From positions 64,523,282 to 64,587,281 of the forward strand of contig NC_068988.1 of NCBI RefSeq assembly GCF_001194135.2: DNA of 64,000 bases, written 5' to 3'. The notes below the pieces were generated by a model. That model saw nothing but the letters and a program-made list of their open reading frames with translations, did not search any database and was not told the DNA's origin. This DNA is from Octopus bimaculoides. Its lineage: Eukaryota. Shown here piece after piece: positions 51,634-64,000 of this stretch. The position numbers and the translations under genes are program-made. Position 1 is the stretch's first letter. The number at the start of each line of letters is the position of its first letter.

Positions 51634-52376
51634 TATAGATATATATATGTGTGTATTATAAGAGAACCTATACAGCCCTACGTTTATAAATATGATTGAT
51701 GGATTTTGATGTGTTTGATTATTGATCGTTAGAGATTAACTGATAGCTAAATATGTCAGCTAAGTAGGTTGGTGGCAACGAAGATAAATATGCAATTACG
51801 CATGTTTGTGTGTGCAAGTGTATGTGTATGTATATTTGTATACATACATACATACATACATACATAAACACACATACACACATACTATGTACATATTTTC
51901 TTTGTTACTCACAAACAGTAGGGTTTCTTGTGCAACATGAAATGTAGTAACTTATATCTGTAATAATAAACCATAGTAACCATTGCCAAGCAAGGGAGTG
52001 TCTTGATTTCCTAGAAATAACAGGCAAGTTCCCTTAAATTACACCTTGTTGTCTTTAAAAAAAAAGGCTAATGCACATTATCCAATGTCTTTGAAGCTAT
52101 GTAAAAAGACATAGCAATCAGAACTGAAATATCTTTGAGCATCATCATCATCATCATTTAATGTCCGTTGTCCATGCTCAAGTATTGGAGCTAATGTAAT
52201 CGATTTGTGCCCCTCCCTTCAAAATCACTGACTTTGAACTCTGCAATGGACCAGTGTTACATTCAAGGGGAATATTGTAGCTTTGATCACTTGTGGCACC
52301 ATGGAAACTGAGCAATTGGCTTTATGAGTCCTAGAGCTGAAGAAAAATTTTAAACATCTATAAAATTTTAAACATC

Positions 52377-52690
52377 TATAGCCTCAGGCCGACCAAAGCC
52401 TTGTGAGTGGATTTGGTAGACGGAAGCTGAAAGAAGCCCGTCGTATATGCATATATATGTTTATGTGTGTATATATTTGTGTGTCTGTGTTTGTCCCCCC
52501 ACCCCAACATCACTTGACAACCGATGCTGGTGTGTTTGCGTCCCCTTAACTTAGTGGTTCGGCAAAAGAGACCAATAGAATAAGTACTAAGCTTACAAAG
52601 AATAAGTCCTGGGGTTGATTTGCTCAACTAAAGGCGGTGCACCAGCACGGCCACAGTCAAATGACTGAAACAAGTAAAAGAGTAAAAGAG
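52377..52690 (+). mobile_element. SINE family A, 5'-truncated
   Basis: Runs from TATAGCCTCAGGCCGACCAAAG to CAAGTAAAAGAGTAAAAGAG. Further tail or diverged copies at about 200-372, 28360-28665, 29290-29625, 50840-51020, 58190-58285, 60600-60770 and 62685-62910. Confidence 0.8.
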
Positions 52691-52739
52691 TGTGAAAAAC
52701 AAAATAGGAATTTTGAAAGACATTCCTACAAAACTAGTT

Positions 52740-52833
52740 TTTAAATATTGAATGGCTATGGGCGGGGGGAGTCCACCAGAATAAAATAGTAATTGAAGGG
52801 GTCCATAGATGAAAAAATTGTTGAGAACCCCTG
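52740..52833. mobile_element. One end of a hAT (Charlie-like) element
   Basis: Ends in AAGGGGTCCATAGATGAAAAAATTGTTGAGAACCCCTG; the reverse complement CAGGGGTTCTCAA is a typical hAT-Charlie TIR. Partner TIR not found. Confidence 0.55.
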
Positions 52834-52977
52834 ATTCAGATGAAACAATTGTGCACATTTTTAACAACAGTTCTCTTCATTTGTTTGCATTTCAAATCAG
52901 GACTTTATTTAACTTTGAAGCATTCTAAACTAGTATGGTTAAATGATTTACTAAAGAACAGACAAAAAGAAAAAGAA

Positions 52978-53010
<33 letters not shown>

Positions 53011-53394
53011 CAGACATGAAAATTCATAAAATTGGAAAGTTGGAACCTGGCATCTTGTCCATTTAGCTTTCATGCTTCTCAAGAATTTCTTAAACCAAAT
53101 CAGTGGAATCACAGAGGATTACCAATATTGGCTCCAAGCCATATATTGAAGGCAACTGATACAGTCAATTTAATCAGCCCCTGTTCTTAATCGGCCTTAC
53201 TACTTAACTAATACTTATTTTATTGACTCTTGAAGGATAAAAGGCAAATTTTGATGACAGGGGATTTAAAGTTAGAATGAAAAGAGACGTTATGAAATAC
53301 TAGAAGATATTTTACTCTGCAAATTCTACAACTCCCTGCTCTCCAATAAAACCAATAATAATAATAGTAATAATAATAATAATAATAATGATAA

Positions 53395-53714
53395 TTCTTT
53401 CTAATTTTGGTGCTAGGCCACCTATTTTGAGGGGAGGAGAAAGACAATTGCATCAACTCCAGTACTCAACTGGAACTTGTTCTATCTACCCTGAAAGAGT
53501 GAAATGCAAAGTCGACCTTGGTGGAATTAGAGCTCATGATGCCGAGTGCCAGACGAAATGCCACTAAGCATTTTGTCCAGTTCACTACCCTAATAATAAT
53601 GATGCTTCCTTTTATTAGCCACAAGGGTCTAAGACATAGAAGACTACATCAAAAGACATTAATACAACACACAAAACAATAGAGTTTACATTGATAATAA
53701 TCATAATGATGATG

Positions 53715-53757
<43 letters not shown>

Positions 53758-54005
53758 TAATAATAATAATAATTTCTACTAAAATTACAAGGCCTGAAAT
53801 TTGCAGCAACAGGACTAGTTGATTACATTGACCCCCAACGTTTTACTGGTACTTAATTTATTGACCCTGAAAGGATGAAAGACAATGTCAACCCCAGCAG
53901 AATCTGAACTCAGAACGTAAGGACAGATGAAATGCCGCTAAGCATTTTGCCCAATGTGCTAACAATTCTGCCAGTTTACCACCTTTAAAAAAAAACAAAA
54001 AACAA

Positions 54006-54055
<50 letters not shown>

Positions 54056-54625
54056 TGATTTCAAATTTTACCACAAAGGCATCAGTTTTAGGGGAGGGGA
54101 TGAGTCGATTACATTGACCCTAGTGTTTGACTGGTACTTATTTTATCGACCCTGAAAGGATGAAAGGCAAAGTCAACCTTGGCAGGATTTGAACTCAGAT
54201 TGTTAAATACAAACAAAATGCTGCTAAGCATTTCGTCCAGTATGCTAATGATTCTGCCAGCTCACCACCATAATAATAATAACAATAATAATAATAATAA
54301 TAGAAGACGAAAACAATACCTATTGTCATAAGTGCCCTGGGAATGACAGCGAAACGGGCTGATTNNNNNNNNNNGTACAAATGCAAAACAAAAGTCAAAC
54401 ATAAAATAATAATAATAATAATAATAATAATAAGCCTTTCTACAATAGTCACAAGACCTGAAATTTTAGGGGAGGGGACTAGTCAATTACATTGACCCTA
54501 GTGTTTCACTGGTGCTTAATCTATTGATCCCTAAAGGATGAAAGGCAAAATTGACCTCAGCAGAATTTGAACTCAGAACATAGCGACAGGTAAAATACTG
54601 CTAAGCATTTCATCCAGCTTGCTGC
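53395..54625 (-). mobile_element. Array of four SINE family B copies separated by (AAT)n
   Basis: Copies at about 53395-53590, 53770-53985, 54055-54270 and 54435-54625. A fifth lies at 55380-55580. Confidence 0.8.
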
Positions 54626-54626
54626 C

Positions 54627-54867
54627 TTAACCCCTTCGCCCAGTGACATTTTTTGGAGAAGACATTTAATTTCCAGGCGAATTTTTTTATTACTTTTTTT
54701 TTTATAGTATTTTTACTGCTGATTATGGAAATAACTTTAGTTTTTATCTATTTCCAATATTTTACTTGAAATTTTTATTTTGTGCTTACACTCATCTGAT
54801 GTATCCAAGCTTCTAATAGACAGTTCATACTCATTGACATCTTCTGAGTTTGACATCTGGGTGTAAT
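54627..54867. mobile_element. Possible piggyBac-like element end running into a gap
   Basis: TTAA followed by CCCCTTCG, interrupting a SINE copy, then AT-rich sequence. The other end is not visible because of the gap at 54868-55378. Confidence 0.3.
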
Positions 54868-56289
54868 NNNNNNNNNNNNNNNNNNNNNNNNNNNNNNNNN
54901 NNNNNNNNNNNNNNNNNNNNNNNNNNNNNNNNNNNNNNNNNNNNNNNNNNNNNNNNNNNNNNNNNNNNNNNNNNNNNNNNNNNNNNNNNNNNNNNNNNNN
55001 NNNNNNNNNNNNNNNNNNNNNNNNNNNNNNNNNNNNNNNNNNNNNNNNNNNNNNNNNNNNNNNNNNNNNNNNNNNNNNNNNNNNNNNNNNNNNNNNNNNN
55101 NNNNNNNNNNNNNNNNNNNNNNNNNNNNNNNNNNNNNNNNNNNNNNNNNNNNNNNNNNNNNNNNNNNNNNNNNNNNNNNNNNNNNNNNNNNNNNNNNNNN
55201 NNNNNNNNNNNNNNNNNNNNNNNNNNNNNNNNNNNNNNNNNNNNNNNNNNNNNNNNNNNNNNNNNNNNNNNNNNNNNNNNNNNNNNNNNNNNNNNNNNNN
55301 NNNNNNNNNNNNNNNNNNNNNNNNNNNNNNNNNNNNNNNNNNNNNNNNNNNNNNNNNNNNNNNNNNNNNNNNNNNNNNCTACAATAGTCACAAGACCTGA
55401 AATTTTAGGGGAGGGGACTAGTCAATTACATTGACCCTAGTGTTTCACTGGTGCTTAATCTATTGATCCCTAAAGGATGAAAGGCAAAATTGACCTCAGC
55501 AGAATTTGAACTCAGAACATAAAGTCTCAGAAGAAAATGCCACAAGACACCTTAACTGCCACTCTAAAGATTCTGCCAGTGGTGGTGGTGGGGGTAGTGG
55601 TGGATGTAGAGTGGCAATTGTAGTGGCAACAGTTGTAGTAGTAAATTAAATTAAACAATTTCAGATTGAGTGTTTTGGTTTTTCAGTTTAATGCACTTTC
55701 GCTGCATCTTACTGCAAATCAGTTCTCAGTGACCTGAATGCACATAATTTCCTTTTATTGAACCAAACAGCATCTGATTCAATTGCACCTGATGAAACAA
55801 TATATCATCTTTATCCAGGTTACCTAACTGCATCCGACTGCACTTGAATTTAACTGAATCTTGTTGTTGCACCTGATTGCAACCAATTCAACTATGCATT
55901 GTTCTGTGTCATGATGCTTCCTGTGTGCAAGACATTGCGCCTGGAGGTTTTCAGTTTTCAATAGAAGCTAACTGCAATCGATTTAAAGTAGATGTATTTA
56001 GTTGGAACCTACTGCAGCTTAGTTCACAGCAAGCTGTGCTTGGTCCCTTTCAGTTGCATTGGGCTGTATCCTGTTGCATCTAAATGCAGCTAGCTGTATT
56101 ATCTAAATAAAATTAATTGCTTCAGATTCATCATCATCATTTAACGCCTATTTTCCAGGCTGGCATGGGTTAGACGACTTGACAGGAACTGGTAAACCCA
56201 GGGACTGCACCAAGTTCCATAGTCTGTTTTGGCTTTATTTCTACAGCCGGATGCCCTTCTTGATGCTAACCATTCCACAGACTGTACTA

Positions 56290-56480
56290 AGAGCTTTTTA
56301 TGTGGCACCAGCATCAGTGCTTTTTATGTGGCACCAGCATCAGTGCTGTTTATGTGGCACCATCACCAGTGCTTTTTATGCAGCACCAGTGCTTTTTATG
56401 TGGCACCAGTGCTTTTTAAGTGGCACCAGTACTTTTTATGTGGCACTAGCTCCCACACCAACGCTTCTTAAGTGGCACCT
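56290..56480. repeat. Short tandem array of (T)TTATGTGGCACCAG(CATCAG)TGCT attached to a SINE C copy
   Basis: About 7 imperfect units of 20-26 nt directly following the SINE C copy at 56128-56300. Confidence 0.8.
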
Positions 56481-56589
56481 TGGTTTTAGGATCTCAGGTC
56501 TATTGTGATGGGTTATAGTTGATTTTAAAAGAATGGTGCCAAAGGTCTTTCTATTCTCATTTATGGTCATGAATATTGGGTAATGACCA

Positions 56590-56960
56590 AAAGAATATAA
56601 CCGTAAATAGAAATGGCTAAAATAGGATTCCTGTACAGGATCTCTGGAGCAAATTTTCTCAATAGGAATGCATAGTTAGGAAATTAGGAAGACTCTCCAG
56701 GTAGAGATCACAGTTGTGGTGCAACATACATCATGTGATTAGAATTCCACAGGAAAGAATCTAAAGACAGATTCTTCAAACTGAGAGAAGTGACAGGAGA
56801 CTTAGGGATAGAGCATGAGTGAAATATTTGGATAATATGTATAGTCTGAGTTGGTCATGCTTGGAAAGCCAGGCAGAAAATGTAATGCGGGTTGCTTCTG
56901 ATAGTATCCTAAGGAAGAGGTGCTTCAAGACTCTAACCCCACAACCCACCCGGGGAATTG
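56590..56960 (+). mobile_element. RTE-clade (Rex3/Expander-like) LINE 3' fragment
   Basis: Degraded frame gives RSQLWCNIHHVIRIPQERI..RQILQTE...SLSWSCLE..AENVMRVASD...KTLTPQP, resembling the RSQLRWFGH..RMP...LLPPRP C-terminus of Rex3/Expander-type RTEs (recalled motif). Confidence 0.6.
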
Positions 56961-57699
56961 TGGGCAGATAAAATGGATGGGCACATAGATGATGGAGTGA
57001 CTTGCTTTAGGCTGGAGTTGAATTTAAAAGAACAGTGCCAAAGTTGTCTTATACTGTTAGTAAATGCAGTCAGCTGCAGCTGATGCCAATGTTATATCTA
57101 AAAGAGTAAAGTGCACATGAAATTCTTTGAGGAAGGAATGCACCGAAAATATCTGGCTATAATTCAAAGGCTTCAATTTAGATTAGCGAAAATCCAAGTA
57201 ATCCTTTGGTATTTCATCAGCATGGTGGTCATGTTACTGCTATTGTTGTTCTTTGTTTTCTTCTTTTTCTTCTTCTGCTTCTTCTTCTTCTGCTTCTACT
57301 TTTCCTTGCACTTCTCCATCTCCTACTCTTTCTACTCCTTCTTCTACTTCTTCTTCTCTTCCTCCTCCTTCTTCTTCTCAGGCATGGTGCCAATCAAAAT
57401 GGTTTGGTACTGTTACAACTGTAAAAACTTTCCTTCTGTTTATGTCCAGGAATCACTCTTGTAGTTCCTTCTTGCATGGAAATTGGGGAAACTAAAGAAA
57501 AGTAGTGCCTGCCTACATGTTGTCACATGTGACATGTAAAGTCGACATATTGTGATGGTGGGGTGAGGTGAAATAGGGTGGGCAAATATGGAGATTAATA
57601 TCAAACCAAGACAATTACCAACTGTTAAAAATAAGAACCAACAAGGAAGCCTCTATGTGGACAGTCAACTTGCTAGAAACAGTAGTTGAATGCGCAAAT

Positions 57700-58015
57700 C
57701 CTATTGTGTGTGTTTGTTCCTTTTTGAGCCATGCCTGGCTCATAAGGGCCAGTTTCCAGGTTTCATTGGCATATAGGTTCCCCACCTGTATGGGACGCCA
57801 GTCCATCACAGGTGAGCTGCTAGATGCAGGAGGAAAGAGTGAGAGAAAGTTGTGGCAAAAGAGTCAGCTGCGGTTCACCATTACATTCTGCCAGAGCCAC
57901 ACAGAGCTTAAGTGTTTCACTCATATACACACACATCACCTGGTCTGAGATTCGAACTCGCGATCCCTCGACTGTAAGTTCACTACTCTAACCACTAGGC
58001 CATGTGCCTCCACAA
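57700..58015 (-). mobile_element. tRNA-derived SINE (family E head)
   Basis: Minus strand reads GTGGAGGCACATGGCCTAGTGGTTAGAG (A box TGGCCTAGTGG) ... GAGTTCGAATCTC (B box). Related heads at 48659-48810 (+), 63962-64000 (+), and about 11985-12135, 15700-15850, 24540-24635 and 27500-27620 (-). Confidence 0.75.
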
Positions 58016-58303
58016 TCCCACAGTGCTTTCTTAGAAAAAGGAAGAACATAATTTGGATAACTGTGGTCCTGGCTACACTGCTTCAACAAATTTTAACAGG
58101 ATAGTCATGACTAGAATGGGTTTGATCATAGTCCTGCTCAGTCATGGATGACCTGGGGCTAAACAGACAACTGTTTATATATATCTTTTATCTTTTACTT
58201 GTTTCAGTCATTAGACTGCAAATATGAAGAGTTTTTAGTTGAACAAATCGACCCCAGAGCTTACTTTTTTAAGCCTAGTACTTATTCTATCACCTCCAAA
58301 CCT

Positions 58304-58345
<42 letters not shown>

Positions 58346-59307
58346 TCATCATCATTTAACGTCTGCTGTCCATGCTGGCATGGGTTGGACGGTTTGACCA
58401 GGGCTGGTAAGCTGGAAGGTTGCACCAATCTCCAATTTGATTTGGCATGGTTTTCTACAGCTGTATGCCTTTCCTACCGCTAACCACTCTGAGAGTGTAA
58501 TGGGTGCTTTTACATGCCACCAGCACAGGTGCCATTTGCATAATACCAGTATCTTCCATGACTGTGATTTTGTTTGGCTTGATGGGTCTTCTTCTCAAGC
58601 ACAGCATAATGCCAAAGGTCTTGGTCATTGCCTACATGAGGCCCAATGTTCGAAATAAGCCCAGCCACTGTGCCTCTGTGAGGCCTAACACTCAAATGGA
58701 GCTCAGCCACCTTGCATCCATGAGGCCCAACGCTCAAAGAGAGCTCAAACACTGGCATGAGTACTTGTTATATGAAACCAGTATCAGCCACAATTATGAA
58801 TTCACTCCTTGCAATTTCCTTTAAGCAATCAAATCACAATGCATGCATCAGTCTTTCTCAGCCTGGGGCTATACTACAATAGATGCTCATATGCAAATCT
58901 ACCATGCAGTGGAACTGAACCTGAGACTGCTCGGTTGCAAAATGAACTTCTTACTATTGAATTATTCAGTCTACGGAAGTACCTCCTCATTGAACATATA
59001 AAAGGTTGAGTATTCCATAGACTTGTGTACCTTTAGCATAATCCTCCAACTGAAACGAATTAACAGAGTGACTGACTGAAAATGCCATTGAATTACTGGT
59101 GCAATCCACTTGACAGGCTTCCATACAGTTTCCATTGACAGCAGTTTCATCCACGAAACTTGCAGGAATGGAAAAAGGATATGGTAAAAGATATAAAGAT
59201 GTTTGCCTAAGACACCACACAGCTGTAGAATTGAAACCAGTGCTTTATGGTTGCAAATCAAACTTCTTACCAACTTGGCCATACTACGTGTATGAGTGTA
59301 TTATATG

Positions 59308-59338
<31 letters not shown>

Positions 59339-59554
59339 TTCTTTGCACACATACATATATACACAGATTTGTGTGTGTGTGTGTACTATGTACATATATG
59401 TGTGTATATATTTATATATGTGTATGTGTATATTATGTACATATATATGTGGGTATATTATGTACATATATGTGTATATACATGTATATGTTTGTGCATA
59501 AATATATATGTAAATATATATTATGTATATGTTTGTGTGCATGTATATACACAC

Positions 59555-59606
<52 letters not shown>

Positions 59607-60058
59607 ATACATATATAAATATACGGCCATATGTGTGGGTGTATATACAAACACACACACACCCATATCTATCAATCAATGTGTGTATATAAACAAGATC
59701 AAATTTTTTTTTTCTTAAATGTATTGTTTTGCAATCATTGAAGCGTGTGTAAAGATGACAGAAGTGGGGGTGGCCATGATGTGGAGTGGAGGTTGAGGTT
59801 AAATTTAGTATTTGTTTACAGTGGTGGTGGTCATGAGTGGAGGAAATGGAGGTGGAGAGGTTAAATTCAGTATTTGTTTACAGCTGAACTGTAAAGGTCT
59901 CACTTTATTATTTATACTAGTTTTGTTATTGTTGCTGTTGTTGTTTGTTATTGTATTCAAACACACACACACACACACATGTACACACGTTCACATTACA
60001 TATACAAACACAGTGTTTTGTTCTGTTGTTTTTTTTGTTATTTGTCTGCTATCTGCCT

Positions 60059-60090
<32 letters not shown>

Positions 60091-60139
60091 ATGCACACAG
60101 ATACACAGACACTCTCACAAACACTTATGCTTTCATACT

Positions 60140-60170
<31 letters not shown>

Positions 60171-60547
60171 GTACACACACATTCACACCCATGTAAACAT
60201 CCGTGTCCATACACACGCTCGCTCTCTCTCCATTTCTTTTCTTTCTGTTAACTTTCGTTTTTCTTTAACTGAAAGCTCGTCATCGCCATGATGACAACAA
60301 CGATGACGACGACCGTAATGAGTGTATATTTTTAAATTAATAAATCACCTCCATAACCTCCACCACCACCACCATCATCATCATCACTATCATCAGCAGC
60401 ACCATTATCATTCTTATTCTTTTATAATTCTTTATTTCACGTTCCATCCTTCTTTAATATATTTTTTTTTTGTTCTTTTGTCTTTTGCCCATCTTCAATT
60501 TCTCTCAACTAAAATCTTCTTTCTTGCGTATACATACACACACACAC

Positions 60548-60594
<47 letters not shown>

Positions 60595-60809
60595 CATATC
60601 TTCTAGTTGTTTTGGCCATTAGGCTGTGGTCAGGATGGACATAGCCTTAAAGAATTTTTAGTCAAATGAATCGACCCCAGTACTTGCCTTTTGTTAAGCC
60701 TGGTGCTTATTTTTGTCAGTCTCTTTTTGCCAAACCACTAAGTTACAGAATGTAAACATACCAACACCAGTTATGATGATGATGATGATATATATATATA
60801 TATATATAT

Positions 60810-61070
60810 ATCATCATCATCATCATCATCGTTTAACGTCCACTTTCCATGCTAGCATGGATTGGACAATTTGACTGAGGACTGCTGAAACCAGATGGCT
60901 ACACCAGGCTCCAATCTGATTTGGCAGGGTTTCTACAGCTGGATGCCCTTCCTAACGCCAACCACTCCGAGAGTGTAGTGGGTGCTTTTACGTGCCACAT
61001 GCACAGGAGCCAGTCCAGTGGCACTGGCAATGATCTCACTCAAATGTCTTTACATGTGCCAGGAAGACGA
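60810..61070 (-). mobile_element. SINE family C copy
   Basis: (CAT)n-GTTTAACGTCCACTTTCCATGCTAGCATGG...GGATGCCCTTCCTAACGCCAACC...TACGTGCCAC. Confidence 0.8.
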
Positions 61071-61086
61071 TATATATATATATATA

Positions 61087-61946
61087 NNNNNNNNNNNNNN
61101 NNNNNNNNNNNNNNNNNNNNNNNNNNNNNNNNNNNNNNNNNNNNNNNNNNNNNNNNNNNNNNNNNNNNNNNNNNNNNNNNNNNNNNNNNNNNNNNNNNNN
61201 NNNNNNNNNNNNNNNNNNNNNNNNNNNNNNNNNNNNNNNNNNNNNNNNNNNNNNNNNNNNNNNNNNNNNNNNNNNNNNNNNNNNNNNNNNNNNNNNNNNN
61301 NNNNNNNNNNNNNNNNNNNNNNNNNNNNNNNNNNNNNNNNNNNNNNNNNNNNNNNNNNNNNNNNNNNNNNNNNNNNNNNNNNNNNNNNNNNNNNNNNNNN
61401 NNNNNNNNNNNNNNNNNNNNNNNNNNNNNNNNNNNNNNNNNNNNNNNNNNNNNNNNNNNNNNNNNNNNNNNNNNNNNNNNNNNNNNNNNNNNNNNNNNNN
61501 NNNNNNNNNNNNNNNNNNNNNNNNNNNNNNNNNNNNNNNNNNNNNNNNNNNNNNNNNNNNNNNNNNNNNNNNNNNNNNNNNNNNNNNNNNNNNNNNNNNN
61601 NNNNNNNNNNNNNNNNNNNNNNNNNNNNNNNNNNNNNNNNNNNNNNNNNNNNNNNNNNNNNNNNNNNNNNNNNNNNNNNNNNNNNNNNNNNNNNNNNNNN
61701 NNNNNNNNNNNNNNNNNNNNNNNNNNNNNNNNNNNNNNNNNNNNNNNNNNNNNNNNNNNNNNNNNNNNNNNNNNNNNNNNNNNNNNNNNNNNNNNNNNNN
61801 NNNNNNNNNNNNNNNNNNNNNNNNNNNNNNNNNNNNNNNNNNNNNNNNNNNNNNNNNNNNNNNNNNNNNNNNNNNNNNNNNNNNNNNNNNNNNNNNNNNN
61901 NNNNNNNNNNNNNNNNNNNNNNNNNNNNNNNNNNNNNNNNNNNNNN
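61087..61946. other. Assembly gap (largest of many N-runs)
   Basis: N-run. Other large gaps at about 2732-2907, 4412-4544, 6579-7207, 13662-14067, 22944-23514, 47553-47994, 49154-49373 and 54868-55378. Confidence 0.99.
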
Positions 61947-62552
61947 TGTAGAATACATTGAAGAATGTAACGACAATGCCTTTGGTTAATGTAATGAAAG
62001 GCCTACCATTCTGTCTTGATGTGGCAAACTCTTTAATTATTAATCTGCTGCATCAAGACAGACTTGCAGACATCAGCATTGGCAAAGCTCATTTCATGCA
62101 TGCTAACTTGGTTTTAAAAAAAAAAAAGGAAAAAGAAGAAATGCTATAAAACTTTTTAAAATTGTAAAATTTACAAAAAAAAAAATTTTTTTTTTTTCAA
62201 ACATAGCACACTAGACTGTTCCACCTGGGTATTGAACCAGTCGTGAAGTGAAGTGAAAGATTTAGAAAATCATTTCTTAAAAAATATATAACAATAATAA
62301 TAATAATGATAATGATAAACAAATTCTAAGAGGAAAGACTGGAAAATTAACATAAAAAAATAAGGAAAGTAAATGAATGGTTAAGATAGCTTGTAGCACT
62401 AGACAGGATGTCAAAGAATGAAAGTTCTGGTATTTAAAGAATTTTTACCAACTTTTTATAATTATTTGTTTATTTTGGGTTTTGTTCTTTTAGTTTAACA
62501 TTTATATATCTGTTTTTGAAGTGGGTAAATGTGTTTAAAATACGAGATAGAT

Positions 62553-62585
<33 letters not shown>

Positions 62586-63186
62586 TATTCACACACACAC
62601 TCACACAGAGAATATGATGTCCTCTGTGTGTATGTTTATGTGAATGCATGTGTAAATAAATGGTTGGTTTATATATTTTTTTAAAGTTTTACTTGTTTCA
62701 GTCATCAGACTGCGGTCATGCTGGGGCACTGCCTTGAAGAATTTTTTTTTCTTTTAGTCAAATGAATCAACCCCAGTATTTATTTTTTAAGCCTGGTACT
62801 TATTTTCTTAATCTTTTTGATGAACTGCTAAGTCAAGAGGGCAATAAAGAGGTCAGCACCAGCTGTCAGGAAGTGGTGGGGGACAAACACAGGTACAAAA
62901 CACACATATATATTTGATTAATGAGAGACACAGAAGATAGAAGACACAAGAATGTTCATTGATCACTACAATTGTTTTGCCCCATCTAGCATCGCTCCCT
63001 CATTGGTGCGATACTTAAAATTAGCTTAGGAGTAAACAAGTTAACATCATTAAACTAAAGAAATACTGAACACTTTTCAGTTGATTACATGTCCATGGAA
63101 CATTTACAAGAAGATAGGTACCAGTGACTTTGAAGTCACTATCACCCATCATTTTTTAAAAGCTTAATGTGTGTGTGTGTGTAAGA

Positions 63187-63830
63187 TCTTCTTCTCTGGT
63201 GTCATGCCTTTGATGAATTCTGGCTTGTTCCTCCTCCATTTATTTCTGTCTCTCGCAACATCACTCAGGTCTTTCTCAATCTTCACATTCATTCTCTTCT
63301 TCCTCCAGTCAAACATCTCCATTCTCTGCCTTCCTCTCACTTCCTTCCCACCAGCTCAGTCTCCACCATATAATGCTCCATTCCATCATTTTCTCTGAGA
63401 AAATGACCAACAAATCTCTACTGTCTCCACTCTGATAGCATCCATCAACTGTCTTTTCACTTTCATCTTCTTCAACACTTCCACATTTGTCACTCTCTGT
63501 ATCCACCCACTAGATTCTAAGCATTTTCCTATAAAACCACATTCCTACAGCTTTGAGTCTCTTCTCCATGACTTTACTTATCGTCCAAGACTCACATCCA
63601 TACATTAGCACCAACCAGATGTAGCACTACAATAGTCTTTTCTTGACTTACATTCCAATTCTCTTTGCACAAAAATTGCTCCTCATATCCATAAAAGTCT
63701 TCTTTGCTAATCCAATTCTGCTCTTGATGTCCTTATCTGACCTTTCATTTGATGTTATCCAACTTCCCAGGTACATAAACTGTCCTTCTGCTCTATACCA
63801 GTTCCATTCACCATCAAGCAACATGCAGGC
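63187..63830 (-). mobile_element. RTE-clade LINE 3' fragment
   Basis: Minus-strand translation contains FMYLGSWITSNERSDKDIKSRIGLAKKTFMDMR, then RQ*RFVGHFLRE and DVARDRNKWRR, and ends in an (AGA)n tail at 63187-63197. Confidence 0.85.
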
Positions 63831-64000
63831 ACCTGTGCTTTCTTGGTACAGACCATTGAGAAGGTTTTCTGGCAGTGTGTAAGATAAGACATAAATAATG
63901 GTCATTACATATTTTCTTTATTGCAATAAATTTGTCACGACCATTATTTATGCCTTGTCTTGAGTGGAGGCACAATGGCCCAGTGGTTAGGGCAGCGGAC

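Noticed and set aside
57945-58015. tRNA gene
   Set aside because: A and B boxes are present but the sequence is a SINE head continuing into a SINE body, with no complete cloverleaf.
128-63905. Most ORFs in the six-frame track (poly-YI, HT, CV, N, I, X)
   Set aside because: They are translations of microsatellites, low-complexity tracts or N-gaps, with no domain signatures or splice context.

Overview
Eukaryotic, AT-rich, microsatellite-saturated draft-assembly DNA with many N-gaps. The repeat families and gap style point to an octopus genome, probably Octopus bimaculoides (inference, not verified by search). I can support only one host coding exon: an 83-nt internal exon at 47109-47191 (+) encoding (G)[27 protein letters not shown], the RNP1-containing part of RRM1 of a CELF3-6/bruno-3 RNA-binding protein. 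I did not find its neighbouring exons, so the rest of the window is probably two very large introns. These are filled with at least four SINE-like families, 3' fragments of RTE-clade and R4/Dong-like LINEs, an internally deleted mariner, a complete 238-bp non-autonomous Helitron, a 148-bp Tc2/pogo-like MITE, a hAT end, a 23-bp minisatellite and many simple repeats. The most interesting unexplained structure is: (1) several dispersed, decayed minimal hammerhead-ribozyme motifs of the Penelope-like-element type; (2) a 440-bp TTAA-flanked foldback element 3 kb downstream of the CELF exon; (3) closely spaced inverted SINE pairs that could form ADAR substrates in the pre-mRNA; (4) a SINE variant that sits almost always in (ATT)n tracts. 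Apart from the exon and the transposon fragments, the ORF track is microsatellite or N-gap artefact. I found no CRISPR array, rRNA or intact tRNA gene.
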